From a virus (Duplodnaviria > Caudoviricetes), in IMG/VR virus record IMGVR_UViG_3300036770_004227, positions 1-60,605 of that record: a stretch of 60,605 nucleotides of DNA; one strand, given 5' to 3'. This document shows positions 49,195 to 57,932 of the stretch, in pieces. Every line of letters begins with the position of its first letter. The stretch's first letter is position 1. The position numbers and the translations under genes were made by a program. The notes under the pieces were generated by a model. That model saw nothing but the letters and a program-made list of their open reading frames with translations, was not told the DNA's origin and did not search any database.

Positions 49195-50058
49195 ATTAAA
49201 ACAAACTATCTAAACAATAAAGACATTTTGAAAGAAATTCATAAAAGCAAAAATTCATATTGCTGCTATTTGGATTCCAGTTGCGAAGATTATGACATAA
49301 TATTAACAAGTGTTGATGCGATTGACGAAAATATAATTGCAGAGGCAACCAAGAATCGTGCAGAACGATTGTGTAAGATCGAATACGATCGTAGTTTACT
49401 AGAATCAGGCGAGAAGAAAAAATTAGATGATTTCAGTATTGACGAATCTGAGATATCATATACCGATTTAGTTTTTCGTGTAATGTCGTGGGAACATGTA
49501 CCGTCAGACTTATCTAAGTCGGCTAAAGCAAAAGAGCCTCAATTAGATGAGGATGCCGAGATTATACACACAGAATACGACGAGGAAGATGTAAAGCCTA
49601 ACAAATATATCAAAGTAAATTTCCCACCATTTTTACACTACAAGTTAGATGCTAATAAGACACCATACGTAGTCGGTAAAAGTCATTGGAAAGGGTCACT
49701 GGACAACGGATATTTCAGCAAAGATCATGGGAAAATGACTAATAAACTGGCTCATATGTTCATAAAATTGTGTGAACGATATGCTACTCGTAGCAACTGG
49801 CGTGGCTATACATACAACGATGAAATGCGTAGCCAAGCATTACTTCAGTTAAGTCAAATAGGACTTCAGTTTGACGAGAGTAAGAGTCTAAATCCATTTG
49901 CGTACTATACAGCGGCAATAACAAACGCTTTCACCAGAGTGTTAAATATAGAAAAACGAAATCAAAATTTACGGGATGACATCTTAGAATTGAACAACTT
50001 GAATCCAAGTTATACCCGACAGAATATGTTCACTGGCGGTGGTGGTTACGAAGAATGA
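49195..50058 (+). CDS. gp55: Late-transcription sigma factor (gp55-like), probable ATT start
   Basis: NYLNNKDIL (cf. T4 gp55 NYVNNKEL), NWRGYTY.DEM, FD..KS.NPFAY.T....NAF..L..EK; lies upstream of gp47/gp46 as in T4. Confidence 0.85.
   Translation: MKTNYLNNKDILKEIHKSKNSYCCYLDSSCEDYDIILTSVDAIDENIIAEATKNRAERLCKIEYDRSLLESGEKKKLDDFSIDESEISYTDLVFRVMSWEHVPSDLSKSAKAKEPQLDEDAEIIHTEYDEEDVKPNKYIKVNFPPFLHYKLDANKTPYVVGKSHWKGSLDNGYFSKDHGKMTNKLAHMFIKLCERYATRSNWRGYTYNDEMRSQALLQLSQIGLQFDESKSLNPFAYYTAAITNAFTRVLNIEKRNQNLRDDILELNNLNPSYTRQNMFTGGGGYEE
49991..50058 (+). repeat. Direct repeat copy 1 (3' end of the sigma factor gene)
   Basis: 57/68 identical to 50690-50757, ungapped. Confidence 0.9.
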
Positions 50059-50633
50059 ACCTTTAATTCATCAGCAAATGAAAATATAGGCAATTTACTT
50101 TTATTCAATAGAAATTCAGACCATGTTTTTATGGATTTTTCCATAAGAACTGGTTCCTGAAATCCCTTACGAACTACTCCAACACCGTAATCTTCTTTGT
50201 ATATCTTGAATGTTATATCACTACGTTTAATTAAATCAAAACCTAACTTCCATACATCGCCTGTCCACGGTCCTCTCATAAACGGAGTTAATGGAACTAT
50301 TTGTTCTATTTCGTTATTTGGAAGCATATCATGTATTAAAATCGTTCCATTATCATTTAAGAATCTTAATGAATTTTTTAAATCCAATGATACTTGATCA
50401 TAGTAGTGAAGACCATCTATAAATATTAGATCAAAACGCTGAGTGTTATACTTAAAAAATTCATCACTAGTTAATCTGATATTTCCTCCACTATTTGGAT
50501 CAACTCCTATTTTGAATGGACAAGATACGTAATTGAAAGTTTCGTTATTTTCACATCCTATTTCCAAATATGTTTTATAGTTGTGTTTTTTAGCAAAATG
50601 CTGAATTATGTCTTTATGTTTAATGTCTATCAT
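50046..50633 (-). CDS. Class I SAM-dependent methyltransferase (Methyltransf_24-like)
   Basis: YLEIG, GVDP, FDLIFIDGLH, GTILIHD motifs; TATAAATA directly upstream (50639-50646). Confidence 0.85.
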   Translation of the reverse strand: MIDIKHKDIIQHFAKKHNYKTYLEIGCENNETFNYVSCPFKIGVDPNSGGNIRLTSDEFFKYNTQRFDLIFIDGLHYYDQVSLDLKNSLRFLNDNGTILIHDMLPNNEIEQIVPLTPFMRGPWTGDVWKLGFDLIKRSDITFKIYKEDYGVGVVRKGFQEPVLMEKSIKTWSEFLLNKSKLPIFSFADELKVHSS

Positions 50634-50689
50634 GGAAATATTTATATTTAAGATAAGTGTTTTATTTTTTATCCGTTGTCTACGCTGTC

Positions 50690-50757
50690 TGAACGACTTT
50701 AATTTTAGTTATTTACGACAGAACATGTTCACTGACGGTGGTGGTTACGAAGAATAA
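50690..50757 (+). repeat. Direct repeat copy 2 (orphan copy of the sigma factor 3' end)
   Basis: Translates ...NDFNFSYLRQNMFTDGGGYEE* vs ...NNLNPSYTRQNMFTGGGGYEE*. Confidence 0.9.
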
Positions 50758-50795
50758 TCGTATTTTTGTTACTCTGGTCTGTTTGATCAAAAAAA

Positions 50796-50824
50796 TTTAC
50801 AAATCTCCAGTGAATTGATAAAAT
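50796..50824 (+). promoter_or_regulatory. Sigma70-type promoter for gp47/gp46
   Basis: TTTACA-17 bp-TAAAAT with TG extended -10. Confidence 0.55.
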
Positions 50825-50858
50825 AGTAAACCACATAATCATATCATTGGAGATTTAA

Positions 50859-51872
50859 TTGAATTTGTTCAAAAAAGCAATAGTATTCACTGACCTCCAT
50901 TTCGGCCTAAAGTCCAACAGTCAACTTCATAACGAGGATTGTTTGTCGTTCATTAAATGGGCTACCGAAATGGGCAAGAAAAATGGCTGTGACACCGCAT
51001 TATTTTTGGGTGATTGGAACAACAATCGTGCATCAATAAACATCCTGACACTAAACTATAGCATTAAAGCCCTAGAACATCTTAATGCTAATTTTGACCG
51101 GGTGTTTTTCATACCTGGCAATCACGATCTTTACTATCGTGATAAGCGTGACGTTCAAAGTGTAGAGTGGGCAAAACATCTAAAGAATGTCACTATCTGT
51201 AATGATTGGGTTAACGAGGGTGACGTCATCATTGCACCTTGGTTAGTAGGTGATGATCATAAGAAAATATCAAAACTTCGTGGTCGGTATACATTCGGTC
51301 ATTTTGAACTACCGCACTTCTTAATGAATGCTATGGTAGCCATGCCTGATCATAGCGAAATCAAGCGTGAACATTTTTCACATTTTGATCATGTGTTCAG
51401 CGGACATTTTCATAAACGACAAACTTCTAACAACATAACCTATATCGGTAATTGTTTCCCACATAATTATGCTGACGCAGGTGATGATGAACGTGGAGCA
51501 ATGATTCTTGAATGGGGTGGTAAACCAGAATATCATTCGTGGCCAGATCAACCAACATATCGTGTGCTATCTCTTAGCGATCTACTGAATCGCACTGACG
51601 AAGTTCTGAAGCCAAAGATGCATGTTAGAGTAAACATTGATATTGACATTTCTTACGAAGAGGCCAACTTCATCAAAGAGACTTTCGTCAAGTCTCATGA
51701 TTTGCGAGAAATTTCTATTCTACGAAACAAAAACACAGACATGGATCAATACGAAATGAAGGGCAATGTAAACTTCCAGACCGTTGATCAGATTGTTACT
51801 AATCAACTTAACTTAATAACCAGTGAACAGTATGACTCATCACTATTGTTGGATCTATATCGAGGACTATAA
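50859..51872 (+). CDS. gp47: Recombination nuclease subunit (gp47 / Mre11 / SbcD)
   Basis: DLHFG, GD, GNHD, GHFE, SGHFH metallophosphoesterase motifs; GGAG SD and TTG start. Confidence 0.93.
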   Translation: MNLFKKAIVFTDLHFGLKSNSQLHNEDCLSFIKWATEMGKKNGCDTALFLGDWNNNRASINILTLNYSIKALEHLNANFDRVFFIPGNHDLYYRDKRDVQSVEWAKHLKNVTICNDWVNEGDVIIAPWLVGDDHKKISKLRGRYTFGHFELPHFLMNAMVAMPDHSEIKREHFSHFDHVFSGHFHKRQTSNNITYIGNCFPHNYADAGDDERGAMILEWGGKPEYHSWPDQPTYRVLSLSDLLNRTDEVLKPKMHVRVNIDIDISYEEANFIKETFVKSHDLREISILRNKNTDMDQYEMKGNVNFQTVDQIVTNQLNLITSEQYDSSLLLDLYRGL

Positions 51873-51879
51873 GTAATCT

Positions 51880-53658
51880 ATGTTGAAAATAAAAAATATC
51901 ACTGCGAAGAACTTCTTATCTATTGGCAATCAAACGCAGGCAGTTAACTTTGACAGAGAAAATTTAACATTAGTTCTAGGTAGCAACATAGACTTAGGCG
52001 GCGATGATGCTGGTAGTAGAAATGGCACTGGAAAGACTGCTATCATCAATGCTATAAGTTATGCTTTCTACGGGCAAGCCCTGACTAACATCAAGAAAGA
52101 TAACCTAATTAACAAAACTAACGGTAAAAACATGTTAGTTACAGTTGATTTTGAATGCGGTAATATCTCATATCGTATTGAGCGCGGCAGAAAGCCCAAT
52201 GTGTTGAAGTTTTTTGTCAATAATCAAGAGGTAGAGAGTTCGGACGATAATAGCCAGGGTGATAGCAGAGAAACCCAGCATGAGATAGAAAAACTCATCA
52301 ACATGAAGCACGATATGTTCAAGCATATTGTAGCACTTAACACATACACTGAACCATTCTTGAGTTTACGGGCAAATGATCAGCGAACAATCATTGAACA
52401 ACTTTTGGGTATTACCCTATTGAGTGAGAAGGCAGAATCTCTTAAGGAACAGGTACGAATCACAAAAGATGCCATACAGCAAGAAGAATTTAGGATCAAA
52501 GCAGTCAAGGATGCTAACACCCGTATCCAGGATCAGATTGATTCTACAAAGCGACGTCAGAAATTGTGGCTACAAAAGCATAAAGAAGATCTACAGGCAC
52601 TGACTACTGCATACGAAGAGTTATTAAAGTTAGACATTGATGAAGAGTTGGCAGCACATAAGTCCCTACAACTCTATACTGACAAGTCTAAAAAGTTAAA
52701 AGATCTAGAAAAGACCAAGAAGTCTCATGATAAAGATTTACTTCGTGAACAAAAATCACTGAAGCAATTGAATGTTGACATCAAAGCAATCAAAGATCAC
52801 AAGTGCCATAGTTGTGGTCAAGCACTACATGATGATAATCACGAAAAATTACTACAATCTAAGTCCGAGGAACTAGCAAAAGTAGAGAAGGCCATAGAGA
52901 AAATTGAATCTGAAATCAGTGATATAAATCAAAAAATTGAAAAGATCGGTGATTTAGGTGATGAACCTACTGTTTTTTACAGCAAAGAAAGTGAAGCGGT
53001 AACTCATAAGAGTAGCCTAGATCATCTACTTACGCAGATAGAAACTAAAAAGTCTGAGTCTGATCCTTATGCTGATCAGATTGCCGAGATGGAAAAGGAT
53101 GGTATAGAGGAAATTTCCTATGACTTGATTAATGGATTAGTGAAAGTACGTGATCATCAAGAATTTTTGCTTAAACTGTTAACCAACAAGGATAGTTTCA
53201 TCCGTAAGCAGATTATAGATCAGAATTTGAACTTCCTGAATGCCAGACTGGCTTTTTATCTAAACGACATTGAACTACCACACACTGTCAAGTTCAACAA
53301 CGATTTGTCTGTCAGTATTGAGGAGTTGGGACGAGAGCTAGACTTTGATTCACTGAGTCGTGGTGAACGGAACAGGCTTATTTTAAGTTTAAGTTGGGCA
53401 TTCCGTGATGTATGGGAAAGTTTATATCAACCAATCAATTTGTTATTCATTGATGAATTAGTTGACTCTGGTATGGACAGTGCAGGTGTAGAAAACTCAT
53501 TAAAGATTTTGAAAAAAATGTCACGTGCTGGTGGTAAATCTGTATGGTTAATTAGCCATAAAGATGAATTATTGAGTAGAGTTAATAATATAATGTACGT
53601 AGTAAAAGAAAGTGGCTTCACACGATATAGTTCTGACGTTGAGGTGGTAAAAAATTAA
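51880..53658 (+). CDS. gp46: Recombination ATPase subunit (gp46 / Rad50 / SbcC)
   Basis: Walker A NGTGKT, coiled coil, zinc hook CHSC, signature LSRGE, Walker B LFIDE, ISH. Confidence 0.95.
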   Translation: MLKIKNITAKNFLSIGNQTQAVNFDRENLTLVLGSNIDLGGDDAGSRNGTGKTAIINAISYAFYGQALTNIKKDNLINKTNGKNMLVTVDFECGNISYRIERGRKPNVLKFFVNNQEVESSDDNSQGDSRETQHEIEKLINMKHDMFKHIVALNTYTEPFLSLRANDQRTIIEQLLGITLLSEKAESLKEQVRITKDAIQQEEFRIKAVKDANTRIQDQIDSTKRRQKLWLQKHKEDLQALTTAYEELLKLDIDEELAAHKSLQLYTDKSKKLKDLEKTKKSHDKDLLREQKSLKQLNVDIKAIKDHKCHSCGQALHDDNHEKLLQSKSEELAKVEKAIEKIESEISDINQKIEKIGDLGDEPTVFYSKESEAVTHKSSLDHLLTQIETKKSESDPYADQIAEMEKDGIEEISYDLINGLVKVRDHQEFLLKLLTNKDSFIRKQIIDQNLNFLNARLAFYLNDIELPHTVKFNNDLSVSIEELGRELDFDSLSRGERNRLILSLSWAFRDVWESLYQPINLLFIDELVDSGMDSAGVENSLKILKKMSRAGGKSVWLISHKDELLSRVNNIMYVVKESGFTRYSSDVEVVKN

Positions 53659-53686
53659 TTGATCATTTTACCGTCATAAATACAAT

Positions 53687-54103
53687 GTGACGTGGCTTTT
53701 TGAAGACAAAATTATTGAGACACTACCAGACGATGTAGTTGGGTTTGTATATATAATAACCAACAAGTTGTCTGGACGAAAATATATAGGCAAAAAATTA
53801 TCTAAATTCAAGAAAATAAGACTAAAAACATCAAGGTTAAAAAACGGCACTAAAAAGAAATCAAAAATTAGATATGAAATCGATAGTGACTGGCAAATTT
53901 ATTATGGTTCAAACTCGGTATTATCAGAAGAAGTAAAAAATTTAGGCTCAGAAAATTTTAAAAGAGAAATATTAAGGTATTGTTATTCAAAAAATGAATT
54001 AAATTATTACGAAGCAAAGTATCAATTTGATTATGGTGTTTTGCTTAGTGGTGACTGGTACAACGAATGGATATCGGTCAAAGTACGTAAACTAAAGATT
54101 TAA
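53687..54103 (+). CDS. Minimal GIY-YIG family nuclease (catalytic domain only)
   Basis: GFVY.ITN..SGRKYIGKK, YYGS, F.REIL, E...Q, YN; 138 aa with no NUMOD/HTH tail; TAAATA at 53677-53682. Confidence 0.8.
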   Translation: MTWLFEDKIIETLPDDVVGFVYIITNKLSGRKYIGKKLSKFKKIRLKTSRLKNGTKKKSKIRYEIDSDWQIYYGSNSVLSEEVKNLGSENFKREILRYCYSKNELNYYEAKYQFDYGVLLSGDWYNEWISVKVRKLKI

Positions 54104-54119
54104 TTCACATCAAGGTTAT

Positions 54120-54700
54120 TATAGCGACGCACCGCAAACTGCGACATCTACAGGCAAAATCTCAAACAGTGTATGGCTAGCATCGGCCTAAATTCGGATG
54201 CTCTAAACCTGGACCTCGGGTCGCAGGGACGAAAACCTTGGCGCTGTACCAAGAACTCAATCACTATCCTTTACAGGACGAAGATCGCCAATCCCGCGGT
54301 TTGATTGTTTGAACAGGTTTTATGGGTAAAAAGACGTGATAGCGATATCACACGGTTATATCAAAGGACAGCATCATTGATATAGCCCGCCGTTGTAAGA
54401 AAGACTGGATGAGTAGGTACCGGATAACCGCCTGCGTTACATTTCCTGTGTGTCAAAACACAGATGTTGTTGTAGTCCTGATGCTGTGTGGTTGTCAACT
54501 CAGATGAAAACACCACTTCATAGTAGAAATACTATGATTTTTTTCGCCCTTCGTGGGCGAAAGAGAGGCAGTAATCTAGATGAATGGTATCTCTTCTGAT
54601 TGGTTAATAATTATTCTTTAAGAAAAGATCGTCTAGTTAATTGAAGGAGCGATAGCGACTGAAAATTAACGACGACGATATGGGTGCGCCGCACCCATCA
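54120..54700 (+). ncRNA. Candidate large structured non-coding RNA (~580 nt)
   Basis: No ORF in the track; GC higher than flanks; more than 10 stems incl. GNRA-capped GTGATA-GCGA-TATCAC and TCATAGTA-GAAA-TACTATGA; 9-bp loop/distal pairing ACAGCATCA/TGATGCTGT; strand inferred from GNRA loops and G-U pairs. Confidence 0.7.
54680..54698. terminator. GC-rich hairpin between convergent units
   Basis: ATGGGTGC-GCC-GCACCCAT; no long U tract. Confidence 0.45.
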
Positions 54701-54701
54701 A

Positions 54702-54920
54702 TTATATGAATAACAATCCAGATTTATTGGTCTTTTCAATATTCTCTTCAATTATCTTATTGATAATTTCTCTATCCTGATAACCTATTTCAAATGCTTG
54801 ATCTAGTGTTACTCCACCTCGCATATACCAAACCAATTTATATATGTATGATCTTAACGCCTTTGACTCTTTTTCGTATGAATTTATTAATTCAACTACT
54901 TCTTCATTTGTTAGAGTCAA
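54702..54920 (-). CDS. Baseplate hub assembly factor (gp51-like); probably translated as a -1 frameshift extension of the upstream gene
   Basis: WYMRGG.T......L...DR..I motif; no start ATG or SD; frame open back through a T TTT TTC slippery site. Confidence 0.6.
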   Translation of the reverse strand: MTLTNEEVVELINSYEKESKALRSYIYKLVWYMRGGVTLDQAFEIGYQDREIINKIIEENIEKTNKSGLLFI

Positions 54921-54925
54921 AAGCG

Positions 54926-55768
54926 TTAAACGAAAAAATTAGACATCTCAAATGTTAAGGGTGTTTCAAATTCCTTCTTACATGATTCACATGTTAAAGA
55001 AAGCAAATTTGCTTTATTTTCTTTTATTATGTTATTAATTTCTTCCTTAACGGCGTTCCATATTTTTCTATCGCAGTTTTTAAAAAAATCATTTATGAAA
55101 AGTTCGTTTTCCACTACTACATTATTATCTAATTTTATGTAAGAAATATTGCCAGATATTTCTCCTACTTTTAGTGTTAGTAGTTTATTAAATAGATCTT
55201 TGAACTTAGTAAATTTTTCTTCTTCTGGTAAATTATTTTGATTTAAAAGTTGTAATGTTCTTTGTTCCTCGAACATTATTATTGCCTTTTTATTAAACGA
55301 TTTATAATTTTCGGCTTTTAAACATATCTCAAGATTTTCAACATTAATTATTCTATGATAGTTTGGAATGTTATGATATCTTTCCATCAACATTTGTAAA
55401 TCAAGGGTCATTTCGTTTTTATGATTACAATGCGGACAAACACTTATAAAATCCATTTTATTACCGTATGTTGCCAAACGTATTGCCAATAATATTAGGT
55501 CAATATCACATATAGGTGTGTCCCATGCATCTTTGATATTAGGTATACAACTTTGTATTACTTCAACAGTGGACTGGCCATTTAATAATGCGTCTGGAGT
55601 TTTAAGCATCAACTCGTCTTTTGCGGTCATTGCGAAAACAGGATATTCTTCCGTTACAGTACGTTGCAAAGATCCCTCTGGCCACCATTGCCCATTACTT
55701 GGAAATTTTATGTATAGTTGAGGCTGACGATAGAATTTTGATAGTGGATTTTCTGTTTCTTTGTTCAT
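54926..55768 (-). CDS. Baseplate hub assembly chaperone (gp26-like)
   Basis: MTAKDE..L, D.D.IL.AIR..TYG, two CxxC pairs (CPHC, CESC), ends ...SNFFV. Confidence 0.75.
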   Translation of the reverse strand: MNKETENPLSKFYRQPQLYIKFPSNGQWWPEGSLQRTVTEEYPVFAMTAKDELMLKTPDALLNGQSTVEVIQSCIPNIKDAWDTPICDIDLILLAIRLATYGNKMDFISVCPHCNHKNEMTLDLQMLMERYHNIPNYHRIINVENLEICLKAENYKSFNKKAIIMFEEQRTLQLLNQNNLPEEEKFTKFKDLFNKLLTLKVGEISGNISYIKLDNNVVVENELFINDFFKNCDRKIWNAVKEEINNIIKENKANLLSLTCESCKKEFETPLTFEMSNFFV

Positions 55769-55780
55769 AATAGTTATTGA

Positions 55781-55800
55781 TAAATATCTTATAGTATTTA
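55781..55800. promoter_or_regulatory. Overlapping divergent late promoters
   Basis: TAAATA on + (55781-55786) and on - (55795-55800) in the 59-bp gap between divergent genes. Confidence 0.6.
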
Positions 55801-55827
55801 GTGAATTTTTATAACTAGTTAGAATAT

Positions 55828-57909
55828 ATGATTAACGCTGCCACAGAAGAATTAACGGAATTTGCATCCAGAATGGGTATTACTAATGCCGCTGCCGCTG
55901 ATTTGATAAACAGGCTAAGCGAATTAAGTAGGACTTCGGATCGTACATCCAATGCTATCGACGTTAATAGAACTGCAACAGAGAGAATAGCAAATAGTCA
56001 AAATTCTGCGGCTGATTCAGCGATAAATTTTGGTAAAAGTTTATATTCAACCACTAAAAGTTTGGCTAGTGTTCCTCAGCAAATTGCTAATTCTACAGCA
56101 GCAGTTACTTCCATATCTCCAATAATAACTGGCATTACTCAAATGGGTGCTAGTTTGGCGCAAGTGGGTGGACCATTGGCAGCATTGATGGGCACTGCTG
56201 CCGGCGGACCATTGGCTGGTTTGGTTGCTGGTGTGCTTGGTTCAGTCGTCAGCGATATCACGGCAGAAGCAATAACTGCTGTTGGTAGCACAGTAAATTT
56301 TTTCTTACAACAAGTTCAGGTAGTTATTGACTCATTCACACAACTCAGTAGTGTTGGTGCAACTTTCGGAGGTAGTTTAGAATCACTTAAAGATCTTTCC
56401 AAAGATACTGGGTTAAGTCTTGAAACTTTGTCTAAAATTGCCGTCAATAATGCTGAAAACATGGCACTATTAGGTGGTGGCACCCAGGGTGCATTAAAAC
56501 TAGTAACCAGAACATCAAGAGATTTAGGCAATACCTTATTGGCATTATATGGAGGGTTTGAAAATCTTAATAAAGAAACAGCAGAATATATGGCATTGCG
56601 TAGACTTCAAGGCGTGTCAGAAATGGCTACAGGTCAAGCCTTAACTAATCAAACTGCTGAATATCTATACATGATTAAAGAGTTAAGTGCGTTAACTGGA
56701 AAAAATGCCAGTCAGTTAAAAAATGAAATGGCTGAGAGAGCAAAAAATGCTGCTGCTCAGTATGCAATAGATAGCATGAGCGAAGAAGAACGTTTGAAAT
56801 TTCAATATCAACTTAGTTTGCTGCCAGAATATTTGAAGGGAGCATTTATGGAAAAAGTTGTCAACAAAAAAATTGGAAGTGATTTACTTAGTAGAGAAAC
56901 TTTGATGCTTGAGGCAACATTGCCCGGCATAGGAAATAAATTAAGTCGTGCTGTCGATACGATGACTCAGCCAATGGAAACTATGAAAGAAAATTTTGGC
57001 AAAGAATTGACGGGATTAGCTGCTGACACCAAGAGATATAGAGAAACAAACAAAGATTTAATGAATGTGTATGCTAAGGGATATGCACAAAATCCAGTTT
57101 TAAAAGTAATTAATGACACATTAGTAAGTGCAGGCACTGAATTAGGCAGACTTAGCACAATAGCAAAAGATATAAAAACTTTTTCAGAACAAACAACTGC
57201 GTTAAAAGACAATGCAGGTACGTTCGTTGATGAAGTTGGCAAAATTAATAAAGAGCAAGAAAAAATTAGAATGGCACTGAACAGATTTGCCACGGAGGGA
57301 GAACGATTTGCTCTGGCATTAGATGTAACATCTTTTGTGTTGGAAGTTACAGAGGAATTAATAGAAGGGGTAAATAGAATATTACCTAACTTTCAAAAGA
57401 ATCGCCGTGAAACCAATATGCAAACAGAGCCTGTTGAGAATACACGGGCTGGAGCACAATTAAAAATACTTGAAGAACAACGAGAAAGATTTTTGCGCAG
57501 AGAGTTAAATTTAGATTTGTCTAGAGAAGATATACAAAATCTTAGATCAGAACAATTACAATTGAACGAAACGCAGCGAAGAAAACTTGAATTTTTAGAG
57601 AATAGAATTAAAGAACAACAAGAAAGAATTAATCAAATAAATAACCCATCGCAAAATAACAATACTAGTAATCAGCAGCCCGTTAGTGAAACGGATGTAT
57701 CAAAATTAGATTCAACAGATCTAGCAATGGCATCTAGGGGAATATTCATAAAAACTGATGCTGATACTAAATTAAACATAAATTTATCTGAATTTATGGA
57801 TATTTTAACGATGATGTTTAATGATCAAAAAAGAACAAATAATTATCTCGCTGATGCAATGAAAGATAATGCATACAATTTTAAAAGACTTTTGGATAGA
57901 ATTACATAG
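55828..57909 (+). CDS. Tape-measure-like protein (gp29-like)
   Basis: 693 aa, almost entirely helical, Ala/Gly-rich hydrophobic segment; adjacent to hub chaperones. Confidence 0.6.
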   Translation: MINAATEELTEFASRMGITNAAAADLINRLSELSRTSDRTSNAIDVNRTATERIANSQNSAADSAINFGKSLYSTTKSLASVPQQIANSTAAVTSISPIITGITQMGASLAQVGGPLAALMGTAAGGPLAGLVAGVLGSVVSDITAEAITAVGSTVNFFLQQVQVVIDSFTQLSSVGATFGGSLESLKDLSKDTGLSLETLSKIAVNNAENMALLGGGTQGALKLVTRTSRDLGNTLLALYGGFENLNKETAEYMALRRLQGVSEMATGQALTNQTAEYLYMIKELSALTGKNASQLKNEMAERAKNAAAQYAIDSMSEEERLKFQYQLSLLPEYLKGAFMEKVVNKKIGSDLLSRETLMLEATLPGIGNKLSRAVDTMTQPMETMKENFGKELTGLAADTKRYRETNKDLMNVYAKGYAQNPVLKVINDTLVSAGTELGRLSTIAKDIKTFSEQTTALKDNAGTFVDEVGKINKEQEKIRMALNRFATEGERFALALDVTSFVLEVTEELIEGVNRILPNFQKNRRETNMQTEPVENTRAGAQLKILEEQRERFLRRELNLDLSREDIQNLRSEQLQLNETQRRKLEFLENRIKEQQERINQINNPSQNNNTSNQQPVSETDVSKLDSTDLAMASRGIFIKTDADTKLNINLSEFMDILTMMFNDQKRTNNYLADAMKDNAYNFKRLLDRIT

Positions 57910-57917
57910 TATAAATA
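57910..57917 (+). promoter_or_regulatory. Perfect T4 late promoter TATAAATA
   Basis: Directly upstream of the GAGGA SD and portal ATG. Confidence 0.75.
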
Positions 57918-57932
57918 TACAGAGGATTATTC

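Noticed and set aside
49991-50757. Diversity-generating retroelement TR/VR pair
   Set aside because: Mismatches are not confined to adenines, and no reverse transcriptase is present in the window.
54120-54700. tRNA, tmRNA, RNase P RNA or CRISPR array
   Set aside because: No cloverleaf with TTCGA/CCA, no tmRNA termini, no RNase P GAGGAAAGTCC core and no regularly spaced repeats.
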